Part shown: piece by piece, positions 1-8,916 of the stretch
How the letters are laid out: each line of letters starts with the position of its first letter
Numbering within the stretch: position 1 is the first letter of the stretch
Assembly: GCA_963664705.1 (NCBI GenBank)
Contig: OY761556.1
Location: 5,952,001 to 6,016,000 of the forward strand
Reading direction: 5' to 3'
DNA length: 64,000 bases
Source of the DNA: Acidobacteriota bacterium
GTDB taxonomy: Bacteria > Acidobacteriota > UBA6911
The notes under the pieces: generated by a model
The model's input: only the letters and a program-made list of their open reading frames with translations
The model's database searches: none
What the model was told of the DNA's origin: nothing
Translations under genes and position numbers: made by a program

Positions 1-3
1 GCG

Positions 4-540
4 ATGAGGAAAGCACTTTATTTTTTGGGCATCCTGGATGATCGGGATATTGACTGGATAATCCGCAATGGCAGAAAGATGACGCTGAAGCCTGGAGCGC
101 AGCTGATCGAAGAGGGGAAGCCGACGGATTGGCTTTACTTCGTGCTCGAAGGATCCTTCGTGGTCTACACTGCGGCCGCGTCCAGAATCGCAGTTCTCAA
201 AGCGGGAGAGGTGGTAGGAGAAATTTCCTTCGTCGATTCGCGTCCGCCCACCGCCAACGTGCGCGCGGAAACCGAATCCAGAGTCGGCGCGATTCAGCGC
301 GATATGTTGATGCAACGGCTGCAGGAGAACGTCGGGTTTGCAGCTCGCTTCTATCAATCGCTGGCGGCTTATCTGGCGGACCGCCTGCGAACCACCGTGG
401 GAACCCTGGGGGTTCAGAAACTGAATCTCGATGAAAGTATCGAAGACACGGATGAGCTGGCCCCGCATCTGCTCAGCAATTTGTCGATGGCCGGAACCCG
501 TTTTACCGACATGCAGAGACGCGAGTGGGGGAGAGGTTAG
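4..540 (+). CDS. Cyclic nucleotide-binding domain protein, resembling the bacteriocin-type transport-associated family (TIGR03896-like)
   Basis: cNMP-binding motifs (LIEEGKP..LYFVLEG, GEVVGEISFVD.RPPTANVRA). The N-terminus MRKALYFLGILDDRDIDW resembles proteins found beside NHLM/bacteriocin ABC exporters. No HTH, and it sits next to a double-Gly precursor. Confidence 0.75.
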   Translation: MRKALYFLGILDDRDIDWIIRNGRKMTLKPGAQLIEEGKPTDWLYFVLEGSFVVYTAAASRIAVLKAGEVVGEISFVDSRPPTANVRAETESRVGAIQRDMLMQRLQENVGFAARFYQSLAAYLADRLRTTVGTLGVQKLNLDESIEDTDELAPHLLSNLSMAGTRFTDMQRREWGRG

Positions 541-790
541 AGACGAACACAGCGCCGGGCGAGGGAAATCGCATATAGGAGTTACGCTCAATGCGGCAGC
601 CGCGTGCGTCATTCCAATAACCAAAATATTATTGTTTTGCCCGGAGCACTCAAGTAACATCCACGGCTATGTTTGGAAAGTCTGGAGCTTCGCGCCAGTT
701 AATCTTTCAAAATAGCAGCTGACGACCCCGGCAGGCTCAAGGGATTCAAGTGTTGATTTACCATTCATGATCGGACGAAGGAGAGAGAAT

Positions 791-952
791 ATGGCAGACG
801 AGAAGAAAGAAAAGAAGCCCATCAAGATCACCATCGATGACCAAGGAGCGGTCAAGCTCGATCAGGAACAGCTCGATGAAGAACAATTGAGTGCTATTGC
901 CGGTGGGATCGAGATCATCCGGAATGTCACGTGCCGTATAACAAGAAGATAA
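791..952 (+). CDS. RiPP precursor peptide, 53 aa: double-glycine leader (..QLDEEQLSAIAGG) plus 14-aa core IEIIRNVTCRITRR
   Basis: AAGGAGAG RBS before ATG 791. The leader matches the (E/D)LxxxxLxxxxGG pattern cut by C39 peptidase transporters. Directly upstream of two radical SAM genes. Confidence 0.85.
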   Translation: MADEKKEKKPIKITIDDQGAVKLDQEQLDEEQLSAIAGGIEIIRNVTCRITRR

Positions 953-1019
953 TAAATTCCGAAGCCGATGCTGTATTCAATGCACATTGTCTGCAGCTCG
1001 CAGCTTAAAGGCATGACAT

Positions 1020-1050
1020 CCCTTGCGGGGAGATGGTTTCCCCGCAAGGG
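1020..1050 (+). promoter_or_regulatory. Perfect 12-bp stem-loop between the precursor and the first maturase (mRNA-stabilising or attenuating hairpin)
   Basis: CCCTTGCGGGGA-gatggtt-TCCCCGCAAGGG, with no U-tract after it. Confidence 0.6.
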
Positions 1051-1067
1051 CAACCTCGCGCGTAAGA

Positions 1068-2069
1068 ATGAAAGATGTGAATTTCCCATCCCCTGCAGAA
1101 CTGGGGGCAGCCCTGAACCCCAGCGCCCTCTACCTGATGGTCTTTCCGACCGAAGACTGTAATCTCCGATGTACATATTGCTATGAGGATCACAAGCCCG
1201 GCAGCATGAGCCCGTCAGTGCTTGGCGGGCTGGAACGGCTGATTGAGCGCAGAATGAGAGACCTCAGGCATATCCGTCTGTCGTGGTTTGGAGGAGAGCC
1301 GCTGCTGGCAAAAAATGTTGTTTTCGAGTTGGCCGAGTTTGTCCAAAAGTGCTGCGCTCAGTCCGGCTGCGTTCACCTGCCGGGCAGCGTCACGACCAAT
1401 GGTTACCTGTTGACTGCGGATGTTGCGCAACGGCTGATAGCGGCCGGACAAAAGCAATTTCATATTTCGCTCGACGGGATTGGGGAAGCCCATGATCATA
1501 GCCGTCCCCTTGTTTCGGGCCGCGGTTCCTTCGAACGAATCTGGGCCAACCTGCATGCGCTTCGATGCAGCGCACTGGAATTCGAGCTTGTTTTCCGAGT
1601 TCACTATGGATTTCCCGCGAGGGAGGCTACCGAGGCCTTGTGCCGGCATTTGAATGCGGATTTTGGGGGCGATCGCCGGTTCCGCGTTACGCTGCAGTCC
1701 ATAGCCGATCTCGGGGGGGAGAATACCGGGACGTTTACACCGTTGTCTGTTACGGAAGCGTTGTGCGCTTCTGACGTTTTTTCGGCGCTCATGCCCGATC
1801 TTGTGGTCAGCGACAACAAAACAGCTGATTATTGCATATGCGAGGCGGCACGGCCCAATCACCTGCTGATCCGGCCTGACGGACGGGTTTGCAAATGCGC
1901 CGTGAATCTGAATGATCCACGCAATGAGGTGGGCAGAATCACCGAGGATGGCAGAATCGAGTTTAACCAGCAGCGGCTTCAGCCCTGGTTCAGAGGATTT
2001 GAACAACTCGACAAGGATATCCTCCTATGTCCCTTCACTTGGGTTTGCGAAACCCCGCTGGAACAATGA
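1068..2069 (+). CDS. Radical SAM peptide maturase with a C-terminal SPASM/Twitch-like Cys domain
   Basis: PTEDCNLRCTYCYE (CxxxCxxC), WFGGEPLL, TTNGYLL, ISLDG. C-terminal YCICEAARPN..IRPDGRVCKC..C. ATG 1068 preferred over TTG 1023, which lies inside the hairpin. Confidence 0.88.
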   Translation: MKDVNFPSPAELGAALNPSALYLMVFPTEDCNLRCTYCYEDHKPGSMSPSVLGGLERLIERRMRDLRHIRLSWFGGEPLLAKNVVFELAEFVQKCCAQSGCVHLPGSVTTNGYLLTADVAQRLIAAGQKQFHISLDGIGEAHDHSRPLVSGRGSFERIWANLHALRCSALEFELVFRVHYGFPAREATEALCRHLNADFGGDRRFRVTLQSIADLGGENTGTFTPLSVTEALCASDVFSALMPDLVVSDNKTADYCICEAARPNHLLIRPDGRVCKCAVNLNDPRNEVGRITEDGRIEFNQQRLQPWFRGFEQLDKDILLCPFTWVCETPLEQ

Positions 2070-3964
2070 CTGGTAAACGAAAGCGATCGTCAAACTCGAC
2101 CAGGCTCCCCAAGGTGGCACTTGTAGCTGCCCCTTGGCAAACCTTCTGTCGCCCGTCCATCCAGCTTGCCTGTCTCAAAGCTTTTGCTGAAAAACACGTC
2201 CCAGGCGTCAGGGTTGAAACGCATCATCTCTATCTGGCTGTCGCTGCCGGCCTGGGCCGCCCGCAATATGATGCGGTTTCCTGCTGGGACTCTGTTATCT
2301 GTGAATCGCTCTATGGCAATCTGCTTTTTCCATCGAAAAGATCGGACGCCGAGAATGCGCTCCGGCAGATGGTCGGGCGAAGGGCTTTGGCACGCATCCC
2401 ATATGGGCCGCTGATGAAACGGATCCGTGCCGCGACGGATTCCTACGTGGATAGTGTGGATTGGTCCGAATATAGCCTGGTTGGATTCTCCATCTGCCTG
2501 GCTCAACTCGCCTCTTCGCTCTACTGCATCCGGCGGATCAAGCGCCGGTATCCGGATCTGCCGGTGGTTATCGGAGGTTCCTCTTACGGCCGCGAGTCCT
2601 TGCAGCGCATTCTATGCGGTTTTCCCGAGGTGGACATTGCCGTTAATGGTGAGGGGGAAATCCCTTTTGGCGACCTCCTGGAACTGATTTCGAAGGGCGA
2701 GGGCCTGGATGCGATGCGAGCCGTGCCCGGTGTTGTCACAAAAGAGTCTGTGTTTGAGGCACCGATCGCCTGCCGCCAGTTGCCTTCCCTGGATCAGCTT
2801 CCGTATCCCGATTTTACGGATTATTTTGAGCAGCTGAAAACCCTGGCGCATGCAAAACCCTTTTATACCACTCTGCTGATCGAGTCATCGAGAGGTTGCG
2901 CATGGCGTTCAAGCGGAAGTTCAGCGAATCCTGATCGGCCGGGATGCGCCTTCTGCGGTCTGAACCGGACCTGGCAAGGTTATCGTTACAAGTCGGCCGA
3001 GAGAGTAGCGGCGGAGGTTGATGCCCTTTCCGATCAGCATGGAATTCTTGCGCTGGCATTTACGGATAATCTTTTGCCTGTTTCCGCATCGGTTCGCCAT
3101 CCCGTCGAGCTCAAGGCCCTGAACAAAGATCTCAGCCTCTTTGGAGAAATGCGCGCAAACATCACCCGTCCCGTGAGCCGCGCATTGGCGGATGCCGGTT
3201 TCGAGTGCGTTCAGCTGGGAATCGAATCGCTCAGCACGCCGCTTCTCGCAAAGATGAAAAAGGGAACCACTGCGATTCAAAATCTGCAAGCCCTGAAACT
3301 ATGCGAAGAGCAGGGTATTGTCGCGCTGTGGAACCTGCTGATCGAGTTTCCCTCCAGCGACAGGCACGATATCGATGAAACCCTGCGCGTGATGCGCTTC
3401 GCGATGCATTTCAGGCCGTGTAAAATTTCTGTTTTCGAGCTTGAACCCGACAGCATGGTTGCGACTGATCCGCCGGCCTATGGCATTCCCAAAATCATAG
3501 AAAATCCGCTGTTGCACTCGCTTTTCCCTCCCGGGTTTTCGCGTTCACTGCCTCGGCTCTTCCTGGACTATCGCGGGCGAAAGGAACAGAAAAAGCTTTG
3601 GGCGCCTGTGCGTCGCCAGGTAAGGCTTTGGAATCGCGAGTACCAGCTGCTTCAGGAAAACCTGCCACTCGGACCGATCCTGTCCTACAGCGATGGCGGC
3701 TCTTTCCTGTTGATCAGAAAAAAACGGCCGGGGGCTCCGGCAACGGTATATCGCTTTGGGGAGGCGAGCCGGGCACTTTATCTCTTCTGCCACGAACACC
3801 AGTCCTTTGCGGCGATTGCTCGCGCATTCAGCTCCATCCGGGAAGATCATCTTCGCCAGCTGCTGCACTCGATGGTGAACCAGCATCTCATGTTTACGGA
3901 AGCCGACCGATATCTGAGCCTTGCCATCCGCGATAACTGGTCTCGCGACAGGAGACAGGAATAG
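2066..3964 (+). CDS. Cobalamin-dependent RiPP maturation radical SAM C-methyltransferase (TIGR03975/PoyB-PoyC-like)
   Basis: N-terminal B12-binding domain (PSIQLACLKA, LVGFSICLAQ, VVIGGS, GEGE). SRGC..CAFCGLN, QLGIESLS, MKKGTT. C-terminal winged-helix-like tail ending YLSLA. ATGA overlap with the upstream radical SAM gene. Confidence 0.88.
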   Translation: MTGKRKRSSNSTRLPKVALVAAPWQTFCRPSIQLACLKAFAEKHVPGVRVETHHLYLAVAAGLGRPQYDAVSCWDSVICESLYGNLLFPSKRSDAENALRQMVGRRALARIPYGPLMKRIRAATDSYVDSVDWSEYSLVGFSICLAQLASSLYCIRRIKRRYPDLPVVIGGSSYGRESLQRILCGFPEVDIAVNGEGEIPFGDLLELISKGEGLDAMRAVPGVVTKESVFEAPIACRQLPSLDQLPYPDFTDYFEQLKTLAHAKPFYTTLLIESSRGCAWRSSGSSANPDRPGCAFCGLNRTWQGYRYKSAERVAAEVDALSDQHGILALAFTDNLLPVSASVRHPVELKALNKDLSLFGEMRANITRPVSRALADAGFECVQLGIESLSTPLLAKMKKGTTAIQNLQALKLCEEQGIVALWNLLIEFPSSDRHDIDETLRVMRFAMHFRPCKISVFELEPDSMVATDPPAYGIPKIIENPLLHSLFPPGFSRSLPRLFLDYRGRKEQKKLWAPVRRQVRLWNREYQLLQENLPLGPILSYSDGGSFLLIRKKRPGAPATVYRFGEASRALYLFCHEHQSFAAIARAFSSIREDHLRQLLHSMVNQHLMFTEADRYLSLAIRDNWSRDRRQE

Positions 3965-4119
3965 GTCGGGCCGCCAAAATCATGCGCATTAGGCCGAACC
4001 CTGTTTGGGTGAATTGATTTACTGGGAAGTTGGTTGGCGCGCTAATATGTAAGAGGATGGATCGAGCGCTCACTGAATCGGCATCACGCGTCCCCAGTGA
4101 CGCTTGAATCAGGGAGGAG

Positions 4120-4899
4120 GTGGTAGTGCGGCTACCGTCGATTTTCTTCGGCCATGGCAATCCAATGAATGCGCTGAGTGAGAGCGGCTACGGCGCGGAA
4201 TGGCGGCGCCTGGGCGAGGAGATTCCAAGGCCCAATGCCATTGTTTGTGTTTCTGCGCACTGGTTCGTTGGAGGAACCCGTGTTACCGGCAATAAGTTTC
4301 CTGAGACCATTCACGATTTTGGCGGATTTCCAGAGGAGCTCTACCGGATCCTCTATCCGGCGCCGGGGGATCAGGGCCTGGCCGGAAGGCTGCAATCTGC
4401 TCTGGCGCCCCTGGATGTAACGCTCGATGAGACCTGGGGTCTGGATCATGGGACATGGTCTGTGCTCCGGCATGTGTATCCGGATGCCGACGTCCCGGTC
4501 GTCCAGTTGAGCATTGATGCGAGAAAGCCGGCGTCATTCCATTTTGAATTGGGCCGGCGGCTGGCGCCTTTGCGGAGCGAAGGGATTCTGATCATGGGCA
4601 GCGGCAACCTGGTTCATAATCTTCATCATTATGCTTGGGGACAGCCGAAAGCCGAGCCTCGCGCCTGGGCGGTTCGTTTCGAGAATAGGGTTAGGGCGGT
4701 GCTTTCATCGGGAGAGTTTGAGCCGCTGATTCGTTATGAAGAGCTGGATCCGGATGCCAGGTTATCTGTTCCGACGCCGGATCATTATCTGCCGCTGCTT
4801 TATGTTCTTGGTACGCGTCAGCCGGATGAGCCCGTCAGCTATCCGATAGAGGGCATTGAGGGTGGCTCGCTTTCCATGTTGACGGTATGTGTCGGCTAA
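4120..4899 (+). CDS. ygiD: 4,5-DOPA extradiol dioxygenase (LigB family)
   Basis: FFGHGNPMNAL, SAHW, TIHDFGGFP, WGLDHGTW, GSGNLVHNL, PTPDHYLPL. GGAGGAG RBS before the GTG start. Confidence 0.9.
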   Translation: MVVRLPSIFFGHGNPMNALSESGYGAEWRRLGEEIPRPNAIVCVSAHWFVGGTRVTGNKFPETIHDFGGFPEELYRILYPAPGDQGLAGRLQSALAPLDVTLDETWGLDHGTWSVLRHVYPDADVPVVQLSIDARKPASFHFELGRRLAPLRSEGILIMGSGNLVHNLHHYAWGQPKAEPRAWAVRFENRVRAVLSSGEFEPLIRYEELDPDARLSVPTPDHYLPLLYVLGTRQPDEPVSYPIEGIEGGSLSMLTVCVG

Positions 4900-5077
4900 A
4901 AACACCTGTCATTTGTTTGGAATTCCAGATATGTATTTGCCCTTCCGCCCAGATTTGATTACGACTTTTCGGCTGGCTATAAGGAAGTGGAAGAGCTTCT
5001 GGCAAAACATCCCTTGCATGGATTTGAGCAAAGGTAGCTTCAGGCGTAAAGATGCGGGGGAAAGAATGTCCGAAGCA

Positions 5078-5491
5078 TCAAAGCTGTTCGCTGCAGGTAA
5101 TTGAACGAATAGCGGGCTTGCCTGGGCCCTGTTCCTCGCACGGACACGGAAAAGCTTTTTTGATGGCCGAAAGAAGCTCGTTTACCCCAAAAGGCTTTCG
5201 GATCAGCTGAATGTTGGGGTGGGTGCTTTCCGGACACACGGAATATCCGGATATTAAAATGCATTTTATATCCGGCGAAATACGAATTACCTCTTGTAGT
5301 AATTCCGGCCCCTTCATAACAGGCATTTCAATATCAGAAATGATGACGTCAATGCCCGGGTTGTCCCTGACAATATCCAAAGCCTGCTTAGGCAATGATG
5401 TTGTCAGCACCTCGTATTGCGTATGCCTGCGCAAATAGGTGGCGATTAACTTCAGCATAGCGGGTTCGTCATCAACGACAAGTATGCGCAT
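5078..5491 (-). CDS. Single-domain response regulator (REC)
   Basis: ILVVDDE, ISDIEMP, ISGY, KPF. Confidence 0.85.
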   Translation of the reverse strand: MRILVVDDEPAMLKLIATYLRRHTQYEVLTTSLPKQALDIVRDNPGIDVIISDIEMPVMKGPELLQEVIRISPDIKCILISGYSVCPESTHPNIQLIRKPFGVNELLSAIKKAFPCPCEEQGPGKPAIRSITCSEQL

Positions 5492-5628
5492 ATTTGCTAT
5501 TTGAATTGATTGTTTAACTACGAGGAGATGTATATAAGCCTTTTTTCGCAGTAATGCATCAAAAAACTCACTTCCTATTGAAATTAATCAGAAGTCCTTT
5601 GTCATTATGAATTCCTGGTTTTGCACTA

Positions 5629-6900
5629 CTATACGTTCTCTTTCAGCCAGCCTATGTTCGCTCGATGCGCCACAGATTTATTAATCTGAAGCGCCGGCGC
5701 ATGAAGATACCGGAGGAAGCTGCGGAAACAATGAATCAGGGCTTGCTTCATTGTCGAAGTCAGTTTGATGTCGTGTTCCCACCACCAATTCTTAACGTGC
5801 AGGGTGCCGTCTTCCATACGACCCGGCTCGAAGCGGGCAATGAATCGGTCGCCATAGAGGATGGGCAAGACATAATAGCCAAATCTCCTTTCCGATAATG
5901 GCTTATACACCTCCCAGACATAGTCGAAACCGAACAGGGCGCGCACAAGGTTGCGGTCCCATAGAAGATTATCCAGCGGAGCAATAATGGTAGCTCGCGG
6001 TAAAGGGCTTCGCACTGCGCTGACTTGATCCAGTGTCGGCCGGTCTCTGGCAGCCATATACAGAGGGACATCCAGCTCTTTCACGTGAACTCTGAGCACC
6101 TTTCTGCCTTCATGCAGGCGGGTGAGGGCGCGGCATCGCTCCGGCGTCTTCGCACCGATAATTTCCAGCCATGCGTCGCCGGAACGTGCCCAGAGCAGTC
6201 CGATTCCACGCAATCTTCTCAGAATGTGCCAGTCGTGATAGTCCTCCACCGATGAGTGTGGATCAGGCGTGGACAAGAGCCCGCGAGGGATGTGCCGTTC
6301 AGCCAGGTCGTAGAATCTTCGTGTATGCACGCGATGGTGGATAACGAGGTCTCCTCTCCAGAACATGCTCTCCAGCGCAGCGCGGGAAATGCGTGCGGGA
6401 CCCCAGGGCCACAATACTTTTTCATCGTGTTCGAGATCGATCGAGGATAACGGGCCCTGCGCCTGAATCTTTGCATATACATCCGATAGAATCCGGTCTG
6501 CATCATCGCTGTCCTGCAAGCGAAGTCGTCGGGCTATGGCGCGCCGCCTGTGGAAATAGGGCCAGTCCTCCAGCGGATAAAGGGACATTTGCTTGTCCCA
6601 ACCCTCCACCAGCACTCGCTTCTCATACAGAAGCTTGTCCAACAGGGAAGGGGCAAAATCGGATACCCGGGACTGCATAACCAGCTGATGATTGTGCCCG
6701 ACAATGTTCAGCGGGTCGTACTGGATGCAGCGCACACTTCGCAGGAAGGAAAGGGCGCCTTCTTCACCCTTCAGATTGCGCGGAGGCCAGAGCGATTGAT
6801 GCATCAGGATAAAGCGACGCGCCTCTGCCATGGAAAGAGTAATGTCCGTGCCGGAAAATTTTTTCTTCGGGTTTATACCGGCTGTTTCCTTCGATGGCAT
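5629..6900 (-). CDS. HTH_42 winged-helix protein, YcaQ/AlkZ-like interstrand-crosslink DNA glycosylase
   Basis: IQYDPLNIV (QxD), APLDNLLWDR, FDYVWEVYKP..RRFGYYVLPILYGDRF. Confidence 0.85.
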   Translation of the reverse strand: MPSKETAGINPKKKFSGTDITLSMAEARRFILMHQSLWPPRNLKGEEGALSFLRSVRCIQYDPLNIVGHNHQLVMQSRVSDFAPSLLDKLLYEKRVLVEGWDKQMSLYPLEDWPYFHRRRAIARRLRLQDSDDADRILSDVYAKIQAQGPLSSIDLEHDEKVLWPWGPARISRAALESMFWRGDLVIHHRVHTRRFYDLAERHIPRGLLSTPDPHSSVEDYHDWHILRRLRGIGLLWARSGDAWLEIIGAKTPERCRALTRLHEGRKVLRVHVKELDVPLYMAARDRPTLDQVSAVRSPLPRATIIAPLDNLLWDRNLVRALFGFDYVWEVYKPLSERRFGYYVLPILYGDRFIARFEPGRMEDGTLHVKNWWWEHDIKLTSTMKQALIHCFRSFLRYLHAPALQINKSVAHRANIGWLKENV

Positions 6901-7082
6901 AGTGTCTCTCTGGCGGGTGGCAGTATAGCACGGCGCACTGGGAGCGCCGCTGTTCCTGCGGCATCAGCGCCATGGAAGCGGCCGCGCTTTTGCCGGCGCG
7001 CCGCCGCTCGAAAAAAGGTAAATGTCATTAGACGAGATGCCGGGGTTCCCAAGGGTGGATTTTAGAAGCCTAGCAGCAGGCT

Positions 7083-7925
7083 CTAAAAACAGATCCTTTG
7101 CGACATTTCCCCGCTTAAGGTGGCGCTTTTCCCCGGTATGCAGGGCAGTTGCTTTTGGCGTTTCGTGCTTTCCCTGGCCGCCCGTTCCCGCTCGAGCAGC
7201 AGAATAAATGCGTAATTCTCTGAGAGGATTTTTGTCTGAAAGCCGCTGCTCCAGAGCCATCCGGCGCCGATGTGTTCCCAATTTGTTTGATTCCGTGTTT
7301 CTCTGGATCGCATGAAAAGATCGAGAGATCTTGCGGCCGCCCAGTTGTGCAATCTATCCATTTTCTTTCGATCGAAGCGTGTGGCGACGAGCCGATCTTG
7401 GAGAATCACCGATTTGCCGCTGCCTATATCGATTTTCGAGTTTCCGCTCTCGGCGGCCGCATCGCCCTTATAGACGAGCAATGTGCGCGCTGCGGCATCG
7501 ATGCGATATACCCCCTCTTTCCTGAGTTCGGCATGACCGCCCGCGATTTGCACCTGCAGCCGACTCGCTTTGGTCCTCTCCACTATTTCGATCATTAAAG
7601 AGCCTTTTTCCAGCATCAGGCGTACATTGTTGAATTCGCAGCGGTCCATATGAAGGCTGCTGTTTTCGCCCAGCCAGAGATAGGTGTTCGGGGCGAGGAC
7701 CAATTCCGCTTGTCCATCTTTGGTAGACAATCGGGTGCCGCTCCCGATACTGGCCGGCACCTGACTGTTGGCCAGCCTTTCGGCGTCGTTCAGGAACACA
7801 TCCCCTTTGACATAGTCAATGAGTCCGGATTGCAGGCTGATCATTTGCTGAGCAAGCGCGGGATTCATCCGGACCAAAAAGAGTCCCAGAATCAGCAATA
7901 CCCCACGGGAAAGGACTGAAAGCAT
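7083..7925 (-). CDS. Secreted FecR-domain protein
   Basis: Signal peptide, then SGLIDYVKGDV..LSTKDGQAEL..LGENSSL..LEKGS..GVYRID. GGAG RBS before ATG 7925. Confidence 0.65.
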   Translation of the reverse strand: MLSVLSRGVLLILGLFLVRMNPALAQQMISLQSGLIDYVKGDVFLNDAERLANSQVPASIGSGTRLSTKDGQAELVLAPNTYLWLGENSSLHMDRCEFNNVRLMLEKGSLMIEIVERTKASRLQVQIAGGHAELRKEGVYRIDAAARTLLVYKGDAAAESGNSKIDIGSGKSVILQDRLVATRFDRKKMDRLHNWAAARSLDLFMRSRETRNQTNWEHIGAGWLWSSGFQTKILSENYAFILLLERERAARESTKRQKQLPCIPGKSATLSGEMSQRICF

Positions 7926-8159
7926 CTTGTCTCCGCTTCTCCCTGCGCAAGGGGATCGAGGTCCGCGCATGATGCAGGAAACAGATTCAGATAATACAGG
8001 ATTATGATACTTAGATGTTGGATGTCAGTGAAAGCAATTCTGTTCAAAAATGGTAAGACAAGGCATAAAGCAAAAATGAAATTGCTTGTCGGGCAGCCCG
8101 TCCGATGTGGGCACAGGAGCGCTGCGCCAGGGACGAAGTTCACTTGAGGTATTGGTGCC

Positions 8160-8210
8160 ATTCGTGAAATTCGTGGCAGATTTGTTTTGTTTTGCCACGA
8201 ATTCACGAAT
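8160..8210. terminator. Inverted repeat downstream of the cupin-like gene
   Basis: ATTCGTGAAATTCGTGGCA ... TGCCACGAATTCACGAAT. Confidence 0.45.
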
Positions 8211-8233
8211 TAGCGGACAGGTCGGTGTAGCTG

Positions 8234-8710
8234 CTACTTTTTGTTATTTAACGCCTGGTATGTAGGACGCATAACACTTGCGATTTTTTCCGGACGGACC
8301 GACGCTTCCTGTGTGATGCTGGCATCGATGAAGATAAAGGGTTTGCCGACGCGCTTGATGTTCAACGGGCAATGCTTGGTACCCTTGGGAACAAAAATGT
8401 AGCAGGGATAGTTGATCTTCAGAATCTCTTCGCCCAAGGTAAATTCAATATCCGCATCGAACTCGGAAAAAACTTCAGCGCCGAGAAGATAAATCCACTG
8501 GTCAAATGGATGTATGTGGGTGGGGCTCCCGAGTATGTCCGGTTCGGTGATATGGGCGAAGCCCATCGCCAGGGCGGATTCCGGGATTTCCGCCGGGCCC
8601 AGGCCGGTCACCATCGGTTTGGCAATGGTGTCATGAATTGATTTCCAGGGCTTCAATTCAAATACCGTCGCTTCCCGCTTAACGTTCTCAATTTTGGGCA
8701 TGTCAGCCAT
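8234..8710 (-). CDS. Cupin-like hypothetical protein
   Basis: HIHPFDQ..FDADIEFTLGE..VPKGTKHCPL (HxH...H cupin pattern). Paralog of 25666-26103. Confidence 0.7.
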   Translation of the reverse strand: MADMPKIENVKREATVFELKPWKSIHDTIAKPMVTGLGPAEIPESALAMGFAHITEPDILGSPTHIHPFDQWIYLLGAEVFSEFDADIEFTLGEEILKINYPCYIFVPKGTKHCPLNIKRVGKPFIFIDASITQEASVRPEKIASVMRPTYQALNNKK

Positions 8711-8916
8711 AACTCTCTCCGATCAAGGTTTCATTTGTTGGCTTGAATTTCTGTCGACGATTCTACTACAGGTGTGATCGGCAAGGCGACAATTCGTGAA
8801 CTGGCGACAAAAAGGGGGCCCCGCACCGGCCGCCAATTGCTCTAATTTTGAGAAGTCTGTCTTTTGATTTCAGGGTTTGGGCGTATGATGTCTTATTACC
8901 TCAAACAGGGGAAGAC

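Noticed and set aside
767-790. Longer 61-aa start for the precursor
   Set aside because: The RBS (AAGGAGAG) lies inside this extension, just before ATG 791.
968-1162. Second precursor peptide candidate (64-aa ORF)
   Set aside because: No leader motif or RBS. It spans the hairpin and overlaps the radical SAM gene out of frame.
4120-4899. YgiD dioxygenase as part of the RiPP cluster
   Set aside because: It is separated by 155 nt, has its own RBS, and is a widespread stand-alone gene. Nothing links it beyond orientation.
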